From positions 3,168,001 through 3,232,000 of the forward strand of contig CAVXGK010000002.1 in the NCBI GenBank assembly GCA_963761305.1: a stretch of DNA of 64,000 nt, written 5' to 3'. Every line of letters begins with the position of its first letter. The first letter of the stretch is position 1. A program made the position numbers and the translations under genes. Source of the stretch: an uncultured Gemmatimonadaceae bacterium. Lineage in GTDB: Bacteria; Gemmatimonadota; Gemmatimonadetes; Gemmatimonadales; Gemmatimonadaceae. The notes under the pieces are model-generated. The model saw only the letters and a list, made by a program, of their open reading frames with translations. It ran no database searches and was not told the origin of the DNA. Shown piece after piece: positions 63,554 to 64,000 of the stretch.

Positions 63554-64000
63554 CTACCACTTCCAACCGAGCGGCGGCGTGATCCCTTCTTCATCCGGCT
63601 CGCCGGCGCTTGCAGCGGCGGCCGGCTTGAGGATGTGACTGATCTGCTGCCGAGCGTCGTCGATGTGGCGCTTGGTCGGCACGTCGGTCGCGCGCTTCGC
63701 GGCCGACGCGAGCTCTGCGTCGAGCGTCTTGAGTTCGCCGCGCAGCATCGCCTTGATCTCGCCCGTGTTCGCCGCGGGCCCGGCGCCGCCACGACCACCG
63801 CCTCCACCGCCGCCACGACCACCGGCAGCCGCGCCGGCAGCGGGCGGATTCAGCTTGTTGCCCACGTCCGTGAGATACGCGCGCTGCACGCCGCGTCGAT
63901 AGACGTCGATCTTCACCGGCGCCGTACCGTAGAGCTCCGTCCACACACCGCGTCGCAGATCGCTCAACATCTCGGTGAGCGTGTAGACGTCCGACGAATT
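63554..64000 (-). CDS. C-terminus of a large protein, probably a zinc-dependent metalloprotease (DUF5117/EcxA-like); 5' end outside the window
   Basis: YTLTEMLSDLRRGVWTEL...IDVYRRGVQRAY...TKRHIDD; catalytic motif not visible. Confidence 0.6.
   Translation of the reverse strand, partial: NSSDVYTLTEMLSDLRRGVWTELYGTAPVKIDVYRRGVQRAYLTDVGNKLNPPAAGAAAGGRGGGGGGGRGGAGPAANTGEIKAMLRGELKTLDAELASAAKRATDVPTKRHIDDARQQISHILKPAAAASAGEPDEEGITPPLGWKW

Overview
This is a high-GC bacterial chromosome segment, probably Gemmatimonadota (inferred from gene content and protein style, not from a search). It spans the replication origin: rnpB, dnaN-oriC-dnaA, then the divergent rpmH-rnpA-yidD-yidC-mnmE operon. Mostly housekeeping genes follow (pyrE, upp, M16 peptidase pair, holA, mutS, CBS, ddl, queF, tRNA-Phe, lactate permease, copA-csoR, tkt, treS), plus two ECF sigma/anti-sigma pairs, a TonB-dependent receptor and a 5-gene sugar-modification operon. 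I saw no prophage, integrase, transposase or CRISPR array. The most notable observations are: (1) a QueE-like protein that has lost the radical-SAM cysteines, coupled to ddl and near a QueF with a 14-aa active-site-loop insertion; (2) rnpA has no canonical start after rpmH, and its frame is open across all of rpmH; (3) a 23-copy 21-bp tandem array; (4) a candidate minus-strand sRNA before queF; (5) a sigma54/IHF-type promoter upstream of an ECF sigma; (6) an intact plus a degenerate GT2 pair. Six +1 frameshifts in the TonB receptor and copA are probably sequencing errors.
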